Source: Felis catus
Lineage: Eukaryota
Length of the DNA stretch: 64,000 nucleotides
Assembly (NCBI RefSeq): GCF_018350175.1
Contig: NC_058368.1
Location: 71,860,001 to 71,924,000 of the forward strand
Reading direction: 5' to 3'
This document shows positions 35,750 through 49,741 of this stretch, piece by piece. Under the pieces are notes generated by a model. It saw only the letters and a program-made list of their open reading frames with translations. It was not told where the DNA came from and made no database searches. Positions within the stretch are counted from its first letter, which is position 1. The number at the start of each line of letters is the position of its first letter. Both the position numbers and the translations under genes were made by a program.

Positions 35750-37770
35750 ACCAGTAGATATGTTTAATAGAACTTAAGGGCAGGGATGGGGCTGAGATTC
35801 AGAAATGATCATTATAGGAGCCAGAAATTTGGCCCAAACCCAGGGAATGTTCTGCCCATCTCTTGTCTGTGTTTCTGTCTGTTGTTAGGTCTTCATTCTT
35901 TTCTCTTGCAAGACTGGGTCTTTCTGCTGCTCTGTCTACAGGGCAAGCCAAACCAGGGACCACTGAGACCACCCAAGTGATGATCCAGCCTCAAACATAT
36001 TTCTATGTCATTCTTTGTCCAGAGGAGGGGCCCTGGCCCAACCTGCTTCTAGTCTAATCATTGGAGCCAGGGGTGGGGGAGGCATGAGCAAGTGTGAGTG
36101 TGTGTGCATGTCTGCACACAGAAGCAGGCCAGGCTGACCAATATGATTGTGACTGGTGGAGTCACCAGGTGCCCTTGTCTCTCTGCCTCTGCCTTCTTTT
36201 AGTGTGACGTGCTCATTGATTCCATCTAAGGGTTTTCCTAACATAGTGGATAATGAAAAGCAGGAACCATGATGCTGAGGTTTTGGCAACTCATATCTTT
36301 TCAAAGCTAAGGGAGCTGTAAATATGTGTCTTCAAATGAATCACTTAGGGGAGCATTAGTATAACCACAGTGTGGTACCCAGAGTTGACAAGCTTAGAGG
36401 GAGCAGAAAAGGATTGTGACCTCTCAGGCTGAGTCCAAGATACTTTTGATAGTAGACCAATGCCAACACACCATTTCTCCTACATAAAAGAAGGATTTGG
36501 TCAGAGAGCTCTCTGAAATTATGTGCATCATATACTGAGTGGTCCATATCAAGACAGTCCTTATCACAGTAATGATGAAAAGTTTGAAAGTAAGGCCACA
36601 GATTTTATCTGTGACTCCTGCCATCTTCTAAAGTTTAGTTTCTGCTTTGTCCTATTAGTATTTTAAGCTTTCTTCTTCCTCTTTTTCAGCATCCAAATTT
36701 GTGGTGACAAAGTTGCATATTCTATGGCTTCTGCACCATATTTTTCTCAAAAATAATTTTCAAAAGCTGTACACATCCTTTTTAGGCTGTGAAATTAAAA
36801 ACTGGAGAAGAAAAAAGCAGCAACTGTGAAGTTCTAATTATTGCTATTATGACATGAATTATCAGGGAATAATAAAAACATAAATTTCAGTCTAACTTAA
36901 GAAACAAGGTAAAATAAGAAACCACAATGGTGCCATGATTCATTAGGGAATTGGGAGTTATTTTGTCACCCCTGTCATTATAAATCCTGAGCGACATTGT
37001 CACAGAAGGTGCATAGACATTGTCAAGGAAGCACATACCAAAAGGGGACTGATCGTGTGGTTTGGTTTCTGTGTTGGTTACACATCTGACTTTCTGTCTC
37101 TGTCCCGTAACACTTTCTATCTCTATAGTACCACAGTCTGTTGTGTACTAAAATTATGTGTGCTTGTGTCCTATGTTACAATCTTAAAGATTGTAATGCC
37201 CTTGAAGGTAGGGAATGTGTCAAATTATATAATTTGTGACTACGTAATTAGGTGTTGGCTTACCTTTTTTTCTTCTGTCTCTTCTGTTAAGACTCTGTGG
37301 GCATCTTTGAGGGAACCTATGATCCTTTCGTATGAGTCTCATATACCATCTTTTCAAGTAGTTCTAATTAATTCATTGTTTTAAATTCAAACCTAGAATT
37401 TTGTGCAGGTACTGTGTTAGGTGGGTGGTGCCAACTGTTCTCCTGGCCATGAAAGAGTTGACTGGTTGAGGCAGGCCAATCACTCCTGAAATGGAGGCAC
37501 TTCCTTTGCCCAGAAGAATCCCTCCAAAACTCGGGGTGTAGTTAACTTGTTTCCAGTCTCATCTTGGAATAACAAATAGAAAGGCATTAAATGCATCCCA
37601 GGCTCAGTTCAAGCTTACTGCAGTCTCAGAGGACGGTAAACAATTTTCCTATTTGCTTTTGGCACCTGCCATGTATGTGAGTCAGGAAAACTGAGGCCTG
37701 ATGTGACTGTCCTATTTAGGGAAGCAGTTTTTCTCTCTTCCTCATTTTACTGAATATGTTTAAAATGAAT

Positions 37771-38068
37771 TGTTGTGGGTTGAACTATGTCCTCCCAAAA
37801 GATATATTGAAGTCCTAATCTCAGAGGTGACAGAGGCAGAGATTGGAGTGATGTGGCTGTGAGCTGAGGAAAGTGAAGAATGGATGGCCTCCACCAGAAG
37901 CTGGAAGAAGCTAGGAAGGATACTACCCTTCAGAATTTCAGAGGGAACATGGCCTTGGCAACACCTTGATTCCGGATCTCTAGTCTCCAGAACTGTATGA
38001 GAATAAATTTCTGTTGTAAGCCACAAGTTTGTGGTACTTTGCTCGGGCAACTGTAGGAAATGAATCCA
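37771..38068 (+). mobile_element. MLT1B/C-like MaLR LTR
   Basis: tgttgtgggttgaactatgtcc...ccaccagaagctggaaga...tccagaactgtatgagaataaatttctgttg. Confidence 0.8.
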
Positions 38069-38874
38069 TAAGTATTCATGCCTGTGAAGTGATTCCTATT
38101 GCTTGGTGCCTTGAGATTCTGAAGGTCTAAACCCTCCAGATCCTCTTAACAAATCCCATTTGCAAGTCAGGAAATTCGAGAGTCAGAGTCATTAGGTGTT
38201 CTTCTCCAGAAGGTTTGTCTGAGTGCAGAGCTTGTGTGCCATCCACTCTTCATGCCTGTGTGGCTTGACCATCTGTGCTCTAGGCTCTAGTTTGACACAC
38301 TTGCGTGGTGGAGACAATCTGTGTAACTGCACTGGCGTCTCCTTTAATCATGTCTTTAGTGGGTGGTTGATGCCCACACACATGTGATGTCCTTCTTCTG
38401 AGTACCCCATAGGTGAGTTGTACCTTCAAGCTTGCTTTTGTAGCAGTAGTGATGTGTGATGTCAAGTTATTCACACCAGCCAGGAATGCCATGTGCCACT
38501 ATCTGCAGTGGGACCACCAAGAGGTTGTAGGCAAACACCTCAGGCTCTAGGGCAACTAAGATTCTGCTTTTTGTTTCATAACTAAATTTTCTTAGTAAAG
38601 GACATTTTGTTCTCCAGAAGAATCCAAGGAGTAAGCCAGGTAGTTATCTAGTGCTTCTGATTTCCACCCACAAAGATAAAGGGGAGGGTTTGGTGTGGTT
38701 AAGATAGCAAGCATTTCCTTGGAGCCTTTGGATGTTACACAGGACCCTCTAGTGTCATGAGGATGGACCACAGGAGGGAGAAGGCATAGTTCCTTATTCA
38801 GGCCTTTACAAACCTAGTCAGAGTGGGAATGGAAGTAAAGCCTGGCTGTTTCTTGTATTAATGTTTTCCCTGCA

Positions 38875-39231
38875 TGTATTTGTAATGGCTGTTGTCACAA
38901 GGTATCACAGACTAAGCATAAGTGGCTCAAACAACAGAAATTTCTTTTCTTACCATCTTGGAGGCTAGAAGTTGAGATCAAGATGTCTTCAGGGTTAGTT
39001 TCCTGTGAGACCTCACCTGGTGTGTAGACGGTCCACTTCTCCTTCTGTCTTCACGTGGTCTTTCTTCTATGCATTTCCTTCTATGCATGTCTTCTGTGTA
39101 TGCATTTTGTCTTCTTATTAGGACACTCATCATAGTGGATTAGGGTCCACCCTGATGACCTCATTTTAACTTAATTACCTTTTTAAATAAATACCTTATG
39201 TCTGAAAACGTTTTTTTAATGTTTATTCATC

Positions 39232-39311
<80 letters not shown>

Positions 39312-39550
39312 GGGGAGGGGCAGAGAGAGAGAGGGCAACACAGAATCTGAAGCAGGGTCCAGGCTCCAAGTTGTCAGCACAGAGCCCAACTCAGAGCTCT
39401 AATTTAACTATGAGATCATGACCTGAGCTGAAGTTGGATGCTTAACTGACTGAGTCTCTCAGGCACCCCATGTCTGAAAACATTTTGAGGTACTGAGGGT
39501 TAGAATTTCAACATGTGAATCTTAGGAGGGCAAAATTTAGCTCCTCACAG
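38875..39550 (-). mobile_element. MLT1 LTR with a nested Can-SINE (about 39210-39469) carrying a (TG)n(AG)n microsatellite
   Basis: gtggctcaaacaacagaaatt...ggaggctagaagtttgagatcaag; SINE TSD atgtctgaaaac. Confidence 0.82.
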
Positions 39551-40519
39551 TCTCCTTGACCAGGTAGGACCCCTTGAGAGCATGGACTGGTCTTGACACA
39601 TTTTGATACCTCTGGATCCTCACATAGAACCTGGCCCCAAGTCACTGCTTAACTCTTTTGCTAAGTGAATGTGTTTTGATTCTTCAGGAAGAAACAAAAA
39701 TGAAAACAAATCTGGTGTTCGCTTCTGTGCTTGCTATACGTAGCCCCCAGTCCCGAACTGAATTCCACATTACTTGTTGAACATGTACATACAGGAAGAG
39801 GAAAGCAAGGAGGAAAAAGAGACAGACATGGCAAATGGGCAAGGTATGCCAGCGCATAACAATAATAATAATGGCATATGGCTTGTTGTTCTCAGTACAA
39901 TGCTCTTAACTGGATGAGAGTTGCAAAATGAAAATATGCCCTTGGATATATTATGAGCTTTGTTTCAAGATCATGAGGCGATAGAAAACAAAGAGAGAAG
40001 ACATAGTCCACACCTGGGAGTTGTTGTTTTTCTCCACTATGTCCGAGCAGTGCCAGCTGGGCCCAGTTGCTCAGGGTTTTAAAAGCATCTCTCTTTTCCA
40101 CCCACTCACTTGCTGGTTGTTCTAGTCCAGCCAGCTCTACAGAGTTGGTGGGCCAATCTCTGGTTATCCTATTATTAGAATAGCAAAATGCTTACACATT
40201 TGATTTCTTCCCTCCACCAAAATAGATAGAAGTAGGTGCAGACATGTTTGATAACTTATGAAAATACGGGATACCTCCATGAAAGCAATGAATCCTTCAT
40301 TCATTTGACTTCTTTCCTTCATTCATTCATTCATGCACACATGCATTTGACATATCAAGAGCCTACATTATGTGCCAAGTACAGAGTTAGGCACTATACA
40401 TCTAGAAGATTTTTCCTTCTTCTAATGTACCCACTCTTCCCTTTGCTTGATTTCCTTTCTGTCCAGAAGCAGGTTATTGTAAACTGTAAGCCAATGCTTC
40501 TTATACTTTTCTGTGAATG

Positions 40520-40885
40520 AGATTCTCCTGGGGAGCTTAATAAAAATGCAGAGATTCTGTACAGGTTTCCAGTTTTGGAATGAATAAGTCATGGGGATGA
40601 AAGGTACAGTGTAGGGAATATAGTCAGTGGTACTGTACTAGCATGTATGGTGACAGATGGCAGCTGCACTTGTGGTGAGTACAGCATAACGTATAGAGGT
40701 GTGGACTCACTATGGTGTGCACCTGAAACCGATATGACATTGTGGGTCAACTATACTTTAATTTTTTTAAAATATAGGGATTTCCCAAATATTCTGATTC
40801 GAGGGGTCTGGTGTGGAGCCTAGGAATCTGAATTTTTAACAAATACTCTGGGAGATTCCCTTATAGGTGGTCTGTGGACAAAAGC
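40520..40885. mobile_element. MER5A-like MITE split by a plus-strand L1 3' end fragment (about 40560-40772)
   Basis: L1 3' UTR motifs aataagtcatggggatg...ggtgacagatgg...gtcaactatact; MER5A halves on both sides. Confidence 0.7.
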
Positions 40886-41224
40886 CCTTTGAGAAACTCT
40901 GCTCCAGGACTGGAAGTATAGGTTGAGGGTGTGCAGGCCTGTAGCCACAGTAACTCCCTGCTGTCAGCACTGTAGGTGGCCCCCCGTGGAAGAATGTGTG
41001 TTGGGATGACACCTGTGGGGTGTGTCCAGGGGGATGGAGCATGCGTCTGTAGGCTGGAAAGGGGGCTGGGCAGGGAGAAATGAAAGGGGCCTCCCCCAGC
41101 TGAGACCCACCTTCCCCTGTCTCTGTTTCCTCCGAGAAGTCTCAGGTTCCAATGGTCGGGCCACACATTTCTTTCTTGGCTGCACTTTAGTCCATGCAGC
41201 TCACCAGAGTCCAGCATCAAATTG

Positions 41225-41810
41225 TTTTCTTTAGTAATGGAATTTAATTTTCAGCTTGTGAAAATATAATCAAGTTGCATGGCCCTTTGACTTGGGCCTT
41301 ATAGCAGCTTCTCATCGGTTTATACTAACTTGTCAGTGAGAAGATTCGAGCTGTCTCTGGAATTTCCATGGAGAGTTTTCCTTGGCGGCCCTGAGAAGCG
41401 ATCGTTTTCACACCCATTATTTCCAGTGTAATTTAAAATGTTTGTTGTGGAGGGAAATAGCCTTCGCTTAGTATGCTGGGAGGTCTTTTGCTGAGATCTG
41501 AGGCGTCTGTGTTTATAGAACGAATATTCCAGCTTGGATGAATAGTTATTTTTATCCCCTTCCTATGTTGAAAACTAATGGGAAATACACCCGTGAGAAC
41601 TAATAGGGAACCGCACCACCTCTGGCAACTCATTTCAGCATATAAATTTGTTTTCTTTTACCTTCAACATAAAAATCCTTTGTAAGTCTCCCTTGGTAAT
41701 ATCCAAAATTGCATGTCTGATCTTTTATGCGCCAATCACTGCCGAAAATATCCCTGCAATTTCAATGCTATCTGGAGCAGTTACTGTCCATATTCTACGT
41801 AAAGGTCTAA
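41225..41810. promoter_or_regulatory. Candidate regulatory non-coding element with locally retained CpGs
   Basis: Repeat-free; about a dozen CpGs in under 600 bp; CCTTTGA (TCF/LEF-like) and CCAAT motifs. Confidence 0.35.
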
Positions 41811-42644
41811 TGGAGGAAGAGGAATAAATATTATGGCAATTATTACTATGAGACTTTATTTTAAGAGGCAAAGCCCAAGATTTCTATGGAGATGCAAGTA
41901 TATCAAACTATATTTTTTCATGGTCACATCTAAACTGGGCAATAATAGCATATCAATAAACTTCAATTACACTCAGGAAAATACCAAAAGTGAACCTTCA
42001 GTGATGCTCGATAAAGTGTACAGGCGCATTAGAGTTATATAGAGCAGTGACATCCATCTGGTATTTCCTGTGACTTCTAGTCAATTACTGCATTTCATCA
42101 TGTGTAATCCTCTTTTATCTGCACTTCCTGCTGGTGCAGTAATTCTCACTCTGCTACATCTGTGGCTTTACTGTGAATTTTTATCGCCTACGAGGCAGTG
42201 CGTCCCTTCCCGCTCCTGGATGTTGTTGAACTGTATCTGTTGAAGATTTAATTGCAAGGTGGTATAAAATATGGATTTAGAGACACATAGGAAGGCTGGA
42301 AAGCAATTGGTAACATTGGAAAATGGGCATGCTTTGGAATACAAAAATGTATTACAGGCAGAGTATGGATTCCACTGGAACAATTGGACGTGGAGTTTGC
42401 AGTGTTGTTTTTAGAGGGTGAAAAGTAAGCACAAGAGGACAGAAATAAAGAAGCAAAATCAACCCTGCCCCATGGTGGTCTTCTGGAGAACAGATTTTGT
42501 ATACATGTTTTACATATGTATGTAAAGTGTTCTGTGTGTATATGGACACGTACATGCGTGCACATGTTAAATGCGTATATTCTTTTGTATAATTGTTTAA
42601 GGCATATTATTTATATTTTGGAAAGTTGACTGTGTGTGTGTGTA

Positions 42645-42990
42645 TTTAGTAAACTTTAGTTTTCAGAGCAATTTTTGGTTCACAACAAAACCAAGAGCAG
42701 GATCCAGACAACTCTCACATACCCCCAACTTCATGCCCGTATCTTCCCTCACCGTCAACAGCTCCCCCCTGGGTGGTATGTTTGTTACAATAAATGAATT
42801 TACTTGCCAGAGTTATCACCCTAAGTGTATAGTTTATTTTATCATTCACCTCTGGTGTTTTGTATTCGAAGTGTTTTGACAAATGTATAATGATGTGTTT
42901 CCACTACTATAGTATCTTATATAGAGAGTTCTCAGGGCCCTAAAACTCCTCTGTCCTCCACCTGTTCATTACTCACTGCCCCAGTGGCAA
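42645..42990 (-). mobile_element. Old L1 (L1MC/MA) 3' end
   Basis: ttttcagagcaatttttggttcacaacaaaa...gggtggtatgtttgttacaataaatgaa. Confidence 0.75.
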
Positions 42991-44842
42991 AGTTTATTTT
43001 CCTCATCCTGTGATAGTTGCTCTATCATAATACATATCCATCTCTTCTTCCTTCCCTCTCCTCTTCTCCCTCTCCCCCCGCCCCATTTTCCTTTCTTCCC
43101 CACCCCTTCCAAAGCGATTCATTATGCATCACCTAGTGCCATATTCTCTGATGGGCATTGCAAATGCAAAGGAGAGCAAGCTAGACACGGTCTCTGTCCT
43201 CATGGAGCTTAGAGCATGGTCAAGGACACAGATTTGAAATGGTGCTTACCGAATAAGGGCGTAGTGACATAACTGCTGGGAATGAGGAAAGGGTTTGAAG
43301 AGAGGTAACAAAGAAAAGACCCAATTTGGGGATTAGGAATAGCTTGGAGGAAGTCCCATCTCAGCTGAGATCTGAAGGAAGAATTAAGAGCTCACTAGGA
43401 ACATAGTGTGCTCAGCAGAGGGGATCCATTCCCTCTGGATTGGGACCCACAGCCCCAAGATTTCCTTTTGTTTGTTTGCTTTGAAATAAACTTTTCAATT
43501 TAGAAATAGTTTCAGATAGTACGGATAGTTTAAAGATAGTACGGAGATGGATTTGTAAAGATAGTACAGAGAATTCCTGTGTACCCCTCATCCAGTTTCA
43601 GTAAGATGTTGTTATCATGTGACATTACTACAGTTCATTCGTCACAGATAAGGAATCAACATTGGTACGTACTCTTAAGGAAACCTCAGACTCTATTTAG
43701 ATTTCACAGCCTTCCCTTAATGTCTGTGTTCTGTTTTGGGTTCCAGTCTGGAGCACCACATTGCATTTAGTCATCCTGTCTCCTGAGCCTCCTCTGGTCT
43801 GTGACAGTTTGTGACTTCCCTTGCTTTTCAGGACGTTGGCACTTTGAGGAGTGCTAGTCAGGTAGTTTGTCATATGTCGTTTGTAGAATGTAGGTAGTTT
43901 GTAGAATGTCCCTAATTTTGGCTTTTATGTTTTTATCTCAGTTAGATTAGGGTTATTGGTTTGGGGGAGAAAGACAACAGAAGTCAAGTGTCCTTCTCAT
44001 CACATACTACAAGAGGACGTGTGTCATGCTACCCGCGTGACTTATCACTGATGACATCACCCTTCATCACCTGGCTCAGGTAGTTTTCATCAGGATTCTC
44101 CAATGTACTTTGCTCCCCTGCTTGCCATTTGCTGCTCACTGGAACCAAGTCCCTAAGTGCAGCCCACACTCAGCTTCCTTGAGGAGGGAGTATTTACATA
44201 AATTATTTGGAATTCTTCTGTATGGGAGATTTGTCTCTTCTTCCACATTTATTTATTTAGCCAATCATTTATATTAGTATGGATTCATGCATATTTATTT
44301 TATACATTGGGTTACAATCCAGTACTTCAGTATTTATTTTGTTGCTCAAATTCTTCCAGCTTTGGCCAGTGGGAGCTCTTTCAGGCTGGCTCCTGGATCC
44401 CTTTTACATACTTCCAATAGTTTATTTTTTTGAGCACTTCCTGACTTTCTGGCACTACAGGATGCTTGTTCTGTGTAACCTGCCCCAGCCCTAGAATGAG
44501 ACATTTCTCCAAGGAGCCCTGGTTCCTTTTATTGGAGAATGGTATTAGAAACTGATTTGTGACACACCTACTGGAGTGTCATTGCTTCTAGATCTGAGAG
44601 AGCAAGGAAATATATGTGGGTATGCTAACCTGTGTATATACATGTGTCTATAAATGTTTCCATATGTATCCACCTGTCTCTGTATTATGCTGAACACGAG
44701 TTCATATTCGAGTCTCCAATTCTCATCTATCGCTACATGGACCATTTTAGCCTTCCTTTGCTTGTTTGTAACCTCCTTTCCTACCACGGAAAACCTGTTC
44801 CCACCATCTGCTATCCATTTACTTACTTGTTCAATTCTAGGA

Positions 44843-45341
44843 TATGGATCTTCTTTGACTTCGGATGGGGTTACATCCCCATAAGCCCATTGTAAGATAA
44901 ATATCATAAGTCAAAAATGCATTTAATACACCTCATCTACTGAACACCATAGCTTAGCCTACCCTACCTAAATGTGCTCAGAGCACTTACATTAGCCTCC
45001 AATTGGGCAAAATCATGTAATACAAAGTCTGTTTTATAAGAAAATGTTTATTATCATAGAATTTATTGAATACTGTACTGAAAGCAACACAGAGAAAGGT
45101 TTTATTTTGGACAGAAGGGTTGTAAGTATATTAGTTGTTCACCCCTGTGATCATGTGGCTGCTGGGAGCTGCTTGCTGCTGATCAGCACCGTGAGAGAGG
45201 GTCATACTGCATATCGCTAGCCCGGGAGAAGATCCCACTTCAGAATGCGACATGTGGTTTCCACTGAACATGCATTGCTTTCTCGTCAATGTAAAGTCAA
45301 AAAATTGTAAGCTGAAACATTGTAAATGGAGGACCATCTGC
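44843..45341. mobile_element. Tigger5/MER47-like TcMar MITE
   Basis: gatggggttacatccccataagcccattgtaag...catagcttagcctaccctacc...ggaccatctg terminal inverted repeat. Confidence 0.8.
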
Positions 45342-45393
45342 ACACGTATCACGGTTTCAAAATTGTTAGCCTGTTTTCCCCTGGCAAAAGCTT

Positions 45394-45495
45394 TCCCAGC
45401 TGAAGCACCACGCCCATGCGCAGTTCCTTCCGCCTGTAGTCTTGTCCCAGCGGCAGCACCACGCCCATGTGCGGTTCCTTCCGCCTGTAGTCTTG
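45394..45495. repeat. 51-bp tandem duplication inside the L1MC
   Basis: tcccagc..agcaccacgcccatg.gc.gttccttccgcctgtagtcttg occurs twice with period 51. Confidence 0.92.
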
Positions 45496-48400
45496 CAGCC
45501 TCCACTCATTTCCAAAGTTACAAGATCAGCACCTTTCCCTCTCCCACCCCTTCGATGAAATCATTTCATACATTTGTGATAACGTTAGGTTCTTTGGTCT
45601 CCATTCCATCCCAGGAAATCCTGACCTCCTAAGTAATTTTTAAATTTGTTTACGCTGAGTTTCCCTCTTTGTGCTGTAAGGTTTATGGGTTTGACAAACG
45701 CATAGATACACGATGTATCTACCACTGCTGCTCCAGGCAGGTTAGTGACATGACCTTAAAAAGTGTCCCGTTCTCCCACCAGTCAAACACTCCTGTTCAG
45801 ACTCCTGGCAACCACTGATCTGTTTTCTGTCCTTAGATGTTCCCTCCTCCCCCAGAATGTCATACATGTATATACATAGCTATTCAGAGTAGTTTTTTTC
45901 ACTTCACAAAATGCATTTAAGATGCATTCATGTTGTGTGAATTAATAACTTGTTCCTTATTATCACTGAATAATATTCCATTTTATGCATGTGCCACAGT
46001 TTGTTTATCCATATCGCATATTGACGGACATCTCGTCGCTTCCAGTTTTGGCAGTTATGAATATAAAGCTGCTACAAACAATCGTGTAAATCTTAGTTCA
46101 GGCTGCTATGTAACAAAGTACCATAGGTGAGATGGTCTACAGCGATTTATATCTCACAGTCTGGAGACCGGAAGTCTGAGATCAGAGAGCCAGTATAATC
46201 AGGTTCTTGGTGAGAGCTCTCTTCTGGGGTATAGACTGTGACTTCTGTTGTGTCCTCAAACGGCAGAGTGCAGAGAGGAAAGCAAGCTTTCTTGAGACTG
46301 CTGTGAGGGCACTAATCCCATCTTGAGGATTCTACCCACATGACCTCATCTAATCCTAATTACCTGCCAAAGCTCACACCTCCTAACAGTATCACACTGG
46401 AGAAGGGTTGTGTTTCAATGTATGGATTTTGAAGGGAAATGAAGAAACTGCCAAACTGTCTTCCAAAGTGGCTGCATCATTTTGAATTTCCACCAGGAAT
46501 GAGTAAGAATTTCCGCTGCTCTGCATCTTTGTTAGCATTTAATTTTGTCAGGTTTGGGATGCTAGCCATTCTACTAGATGGTAATCATTTTTACAACCTC
46601 CGTGGCCCGCATAGGGCATGCATTGTTGGAATGAATCAACGAATAACTGAGCAGAACAAGAAAATGTGATTTTATAATTTCCATCCTAGAGATTCCTCTG
46701 TTATGAAAGGGCGTGCATTTGGATAGGGATTATATTTGGGAACAGACTGCAAGCTCAAATGCTTTACAAAGTGAAACAGAATGAGTGTAAGGATGATACG
46801 GAGCATAGGGACTGTGGCATTGTGGAGACTCTAGGAGAATCCATGGATCTGGGTTTGCCAGATTTTCCAAATTTTTAGGTTCAGACAAAAAATCAAATGT
46901 ATGAGAAATCTCACCATTTTTATATGTTGGTAAACAAGTAAATATCAGATTTGAACAGTGAGCTATCAGTTTTCAACCTATGTGTATGTGGTTTTTTTAG
47001 CCTATATGTTTTTAGTCCCTTCTGGTGGGGCATCAAGATAAGTGTCCACAGTGGCCTAAGATTTCAGTCATTATCTGATCAGTCTTTATTATTTGCAAGT
47101 AATTTTATTTGAGATAATCAAAAGGAGCTTGGGAATGTGGGCAATAGAACTGAGGAGGAGAAGAAAATCAATGTGAAGGTTTCACTGTTAGAAGGGGGGC
47201 TAGAAAATGTGACTTTATGCCCAGTTTACAATTACAAGCTTATATTAAGGAGCACGATTTAATAGTTAATTATTTGAATCTTTGTGAGTATGAGAATTCT
47301 GTGTCTGGAAGTCAGCTGGATCAATCACTTTTATCTTGGAATGTGAATATTTCACTTAAGCTTCTGCCTTCCAGAATTTTGAGAATCTCTTTCTTTCTCC
47401 ACAATGGAATTTTTGGTGGAGAAAAGAATCAGGCAGTCCCCGATGTGGGACAGTCATTTTAACTACCTGTTTTGTTCATTGTCTTCCTACACTTCCCCAC
47501 CTAGTGATGTATAAAATGTGAAGATATTTTATAATTTATGGGGAGAGAGAAATTATATGTCACATGCAACAATCTGGTAAATATTTATGAATTTTCTGCT
47601 TCTTAATATAAGGATGTGAAAATAATTCCTGACTGCATATTAGCAGTTACCATAAGTCTGGAGAAGACAAGAAACTCACAGTCCTAAACAGGGTCTCTGT
47701 GTTTATAAAGAAATGTTCCTGTTGAATAGTCTCTCCTTTTTGACATGCCTGACTCCCTTCTGTTCCATTACTGTTCTTTCTAATAAACCCTGAAGCTGTG
47801 TTTCAATAGAACCAATACACTGTCTAATCAGAATGATGTTATACACAGTGAAATGGTTTCTGCATTCTACATGGAATGGACAACAAGCAAGTAAAATACC
47901 CCCTCTCTAATTTTAATTAGAATTAGAAGGCTCCCTAGGCTGGTTAGCTGAGTTAGTGAGAGCACCCTGCAGAGGCCACGTCCTGACCCTCCCATGGGCC
48001 AGTTAATTTTGCCTAGTTCAGTAGCCACAGCTTGTGGCTCTGACTGTGCAGTCATCTGGAGAACACGTCCCTTTAATCATTTAGGAAACAGAGTGTGCAT
48101 GGAAGCATTGCCATTTCTGGCAAAACCACTTAAAGTGCAAGCCCTACTAATGTCTGTGGTCAGTACCATTATCTCGATAGCCAAAGAGGAGAATATTATA
48201 TGGAGAGAAACCCACTTATTATCTGTGTGATAATAGCGTTTCTTCCTTGACCTTTCAGAGCCTCTTCTTTCTTATCAGGAGGTTGGTAGTTAGGATTTAA
48301 TGATATCTTGTCTGTGAACACCCTCAAAGAGCTCAATCCAAAACAGGATTGTTAACTATGGTTGCTCTCTATGGAAAAGAATCTCCACTCATGGCAGTAG

Positions 48401-49741
48401 CTTTAAGTGGAAAATCTGCTATTTCAAGAAATAATATGTTGATCTCATCCCAGTTCAATGGTATGAACAAGTGGAGGTGTTTAAGAGCTCACTTTGAACA
48501 GAAATCCATGCTTAGGCATTAATTCTCCACCCCAGAGTTGTTCAGACCCAAGGCCCCACAGTAATTGTGGTGCAGCACCCTGTTCTGGTAGGGTAGATAA
48601 GGGTCACATGCGGCATTTCCGGCTCTCCCACCCTGCTTCACTCCGATAGGAAAGCCACACCTTCCTGTGATTTATCCACAGTGAATATTACTCACATAGT
48701 ATTTTCTTTAAAAAGAGAGTTTTGTTATATAAAAAAAATCATATTTAGAAACCACCAAAGAAATTCTAAATTATACCACGGAAATGCAAAGAGCAACATC
48801 CAGACTGTGGGAAACTCTATGAGATGAGTGATCTGGTGTCTTCAATAAATATTTCCCAAGGGGGAAAAAGGAGGGGTCCCTATAGACTACCTTCTCTCCA
48901 TCAATTCTTTTCTCTCTTCTGCAAAAGTTGGTTTTGATCCATTTCCTCTCAAACAGATTGTTCCCATCAATATACAGGCATGTTATTATTTTTCCGATCT
49001 TGAAAAAAAAATTTCTCCTGGCCTGATTGAGACCATCAGTGCAATTCCTTTCTTTGCTTCCCTTTGCAGCAAAACTCTGGAAGTATTGCCCATAATTGCT
49101 TCCAATCTTTCTCCTCTCATTCTTTCTAGAAAACACTCCAAACAGGTTTTTTTCTTTCATTACAATTGCTCTTATCAGTGTCACCAAAGTCCAGTTGACA
49201 TTACTGATTCCAGTGATCAATATCTGGTCTCATTGCACTTGAACTATCAGCAGAATTTGACAGTCTTTCCTTCTGGAAACACTGTTTTTTCACCTGGCTT
49301 CTGGGACATGCCCCCACATGATTTCCCTCCTATCATTCTGTTTTCTCAATCTTTTAAGTATTTTTCCTGGTTTCTCTTTCTCTGCCTGACCCCTAAATGT
49401 TCTCTGTCTCAAGGCTTAGTTTTTGGACCTCTTTCTGTTCTGCACTACTTGCTTCGATGAGTTCTTGTCTTTAAATACTGTCTCTGTGCAGAGAACTCCT
49501 GAATGTTTATCTCTAGCCCTGATGTCTCCCATAGCTTGGATGCATAGCAGATATCTCAAATTTCATCACACTTGGATGTATAGTGGATATTTCAAATTTA
49601 ACATGTTCTGGACTCAATTCCCAATATTTCTCAATAGGACTCGCAGTAACCAGTTTTTCCCACCATTAATGGTGATCCTTATCCTTTAGTCCTTTAGATG
49701 AACCGTCTCAGTGTTATCCTTGTTAAAGAAAAAAAAATTCT

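Larger units (their letters stand above)
43480..46580 (-). mobile_element. Long old L1MC-type 3' region, interrupted by Tigger5/MER47-like (44843-45341) and MLT1A-like (46090-46435) elements
   Basis: L1MC 3' UTR motifs (ttgttgctcaaattcttccagctttggcca, gagccctggttccttttattggagaatggtattagaaac); aactgccaaactgtcttccaaagtggctg resumes after the MLT. Confidence 0.8.

Noticed and set aside
41608..41630. Possible CTCF site (ccgcaccacctctggc)
   Set aside because: Spacing does not fit the CTCF core consensus.
43515..43570. Three copies of agatagtac with short spacers
   Set aside because: Short local slippage duplication at an L1MC end; not a CRISPR-like array.
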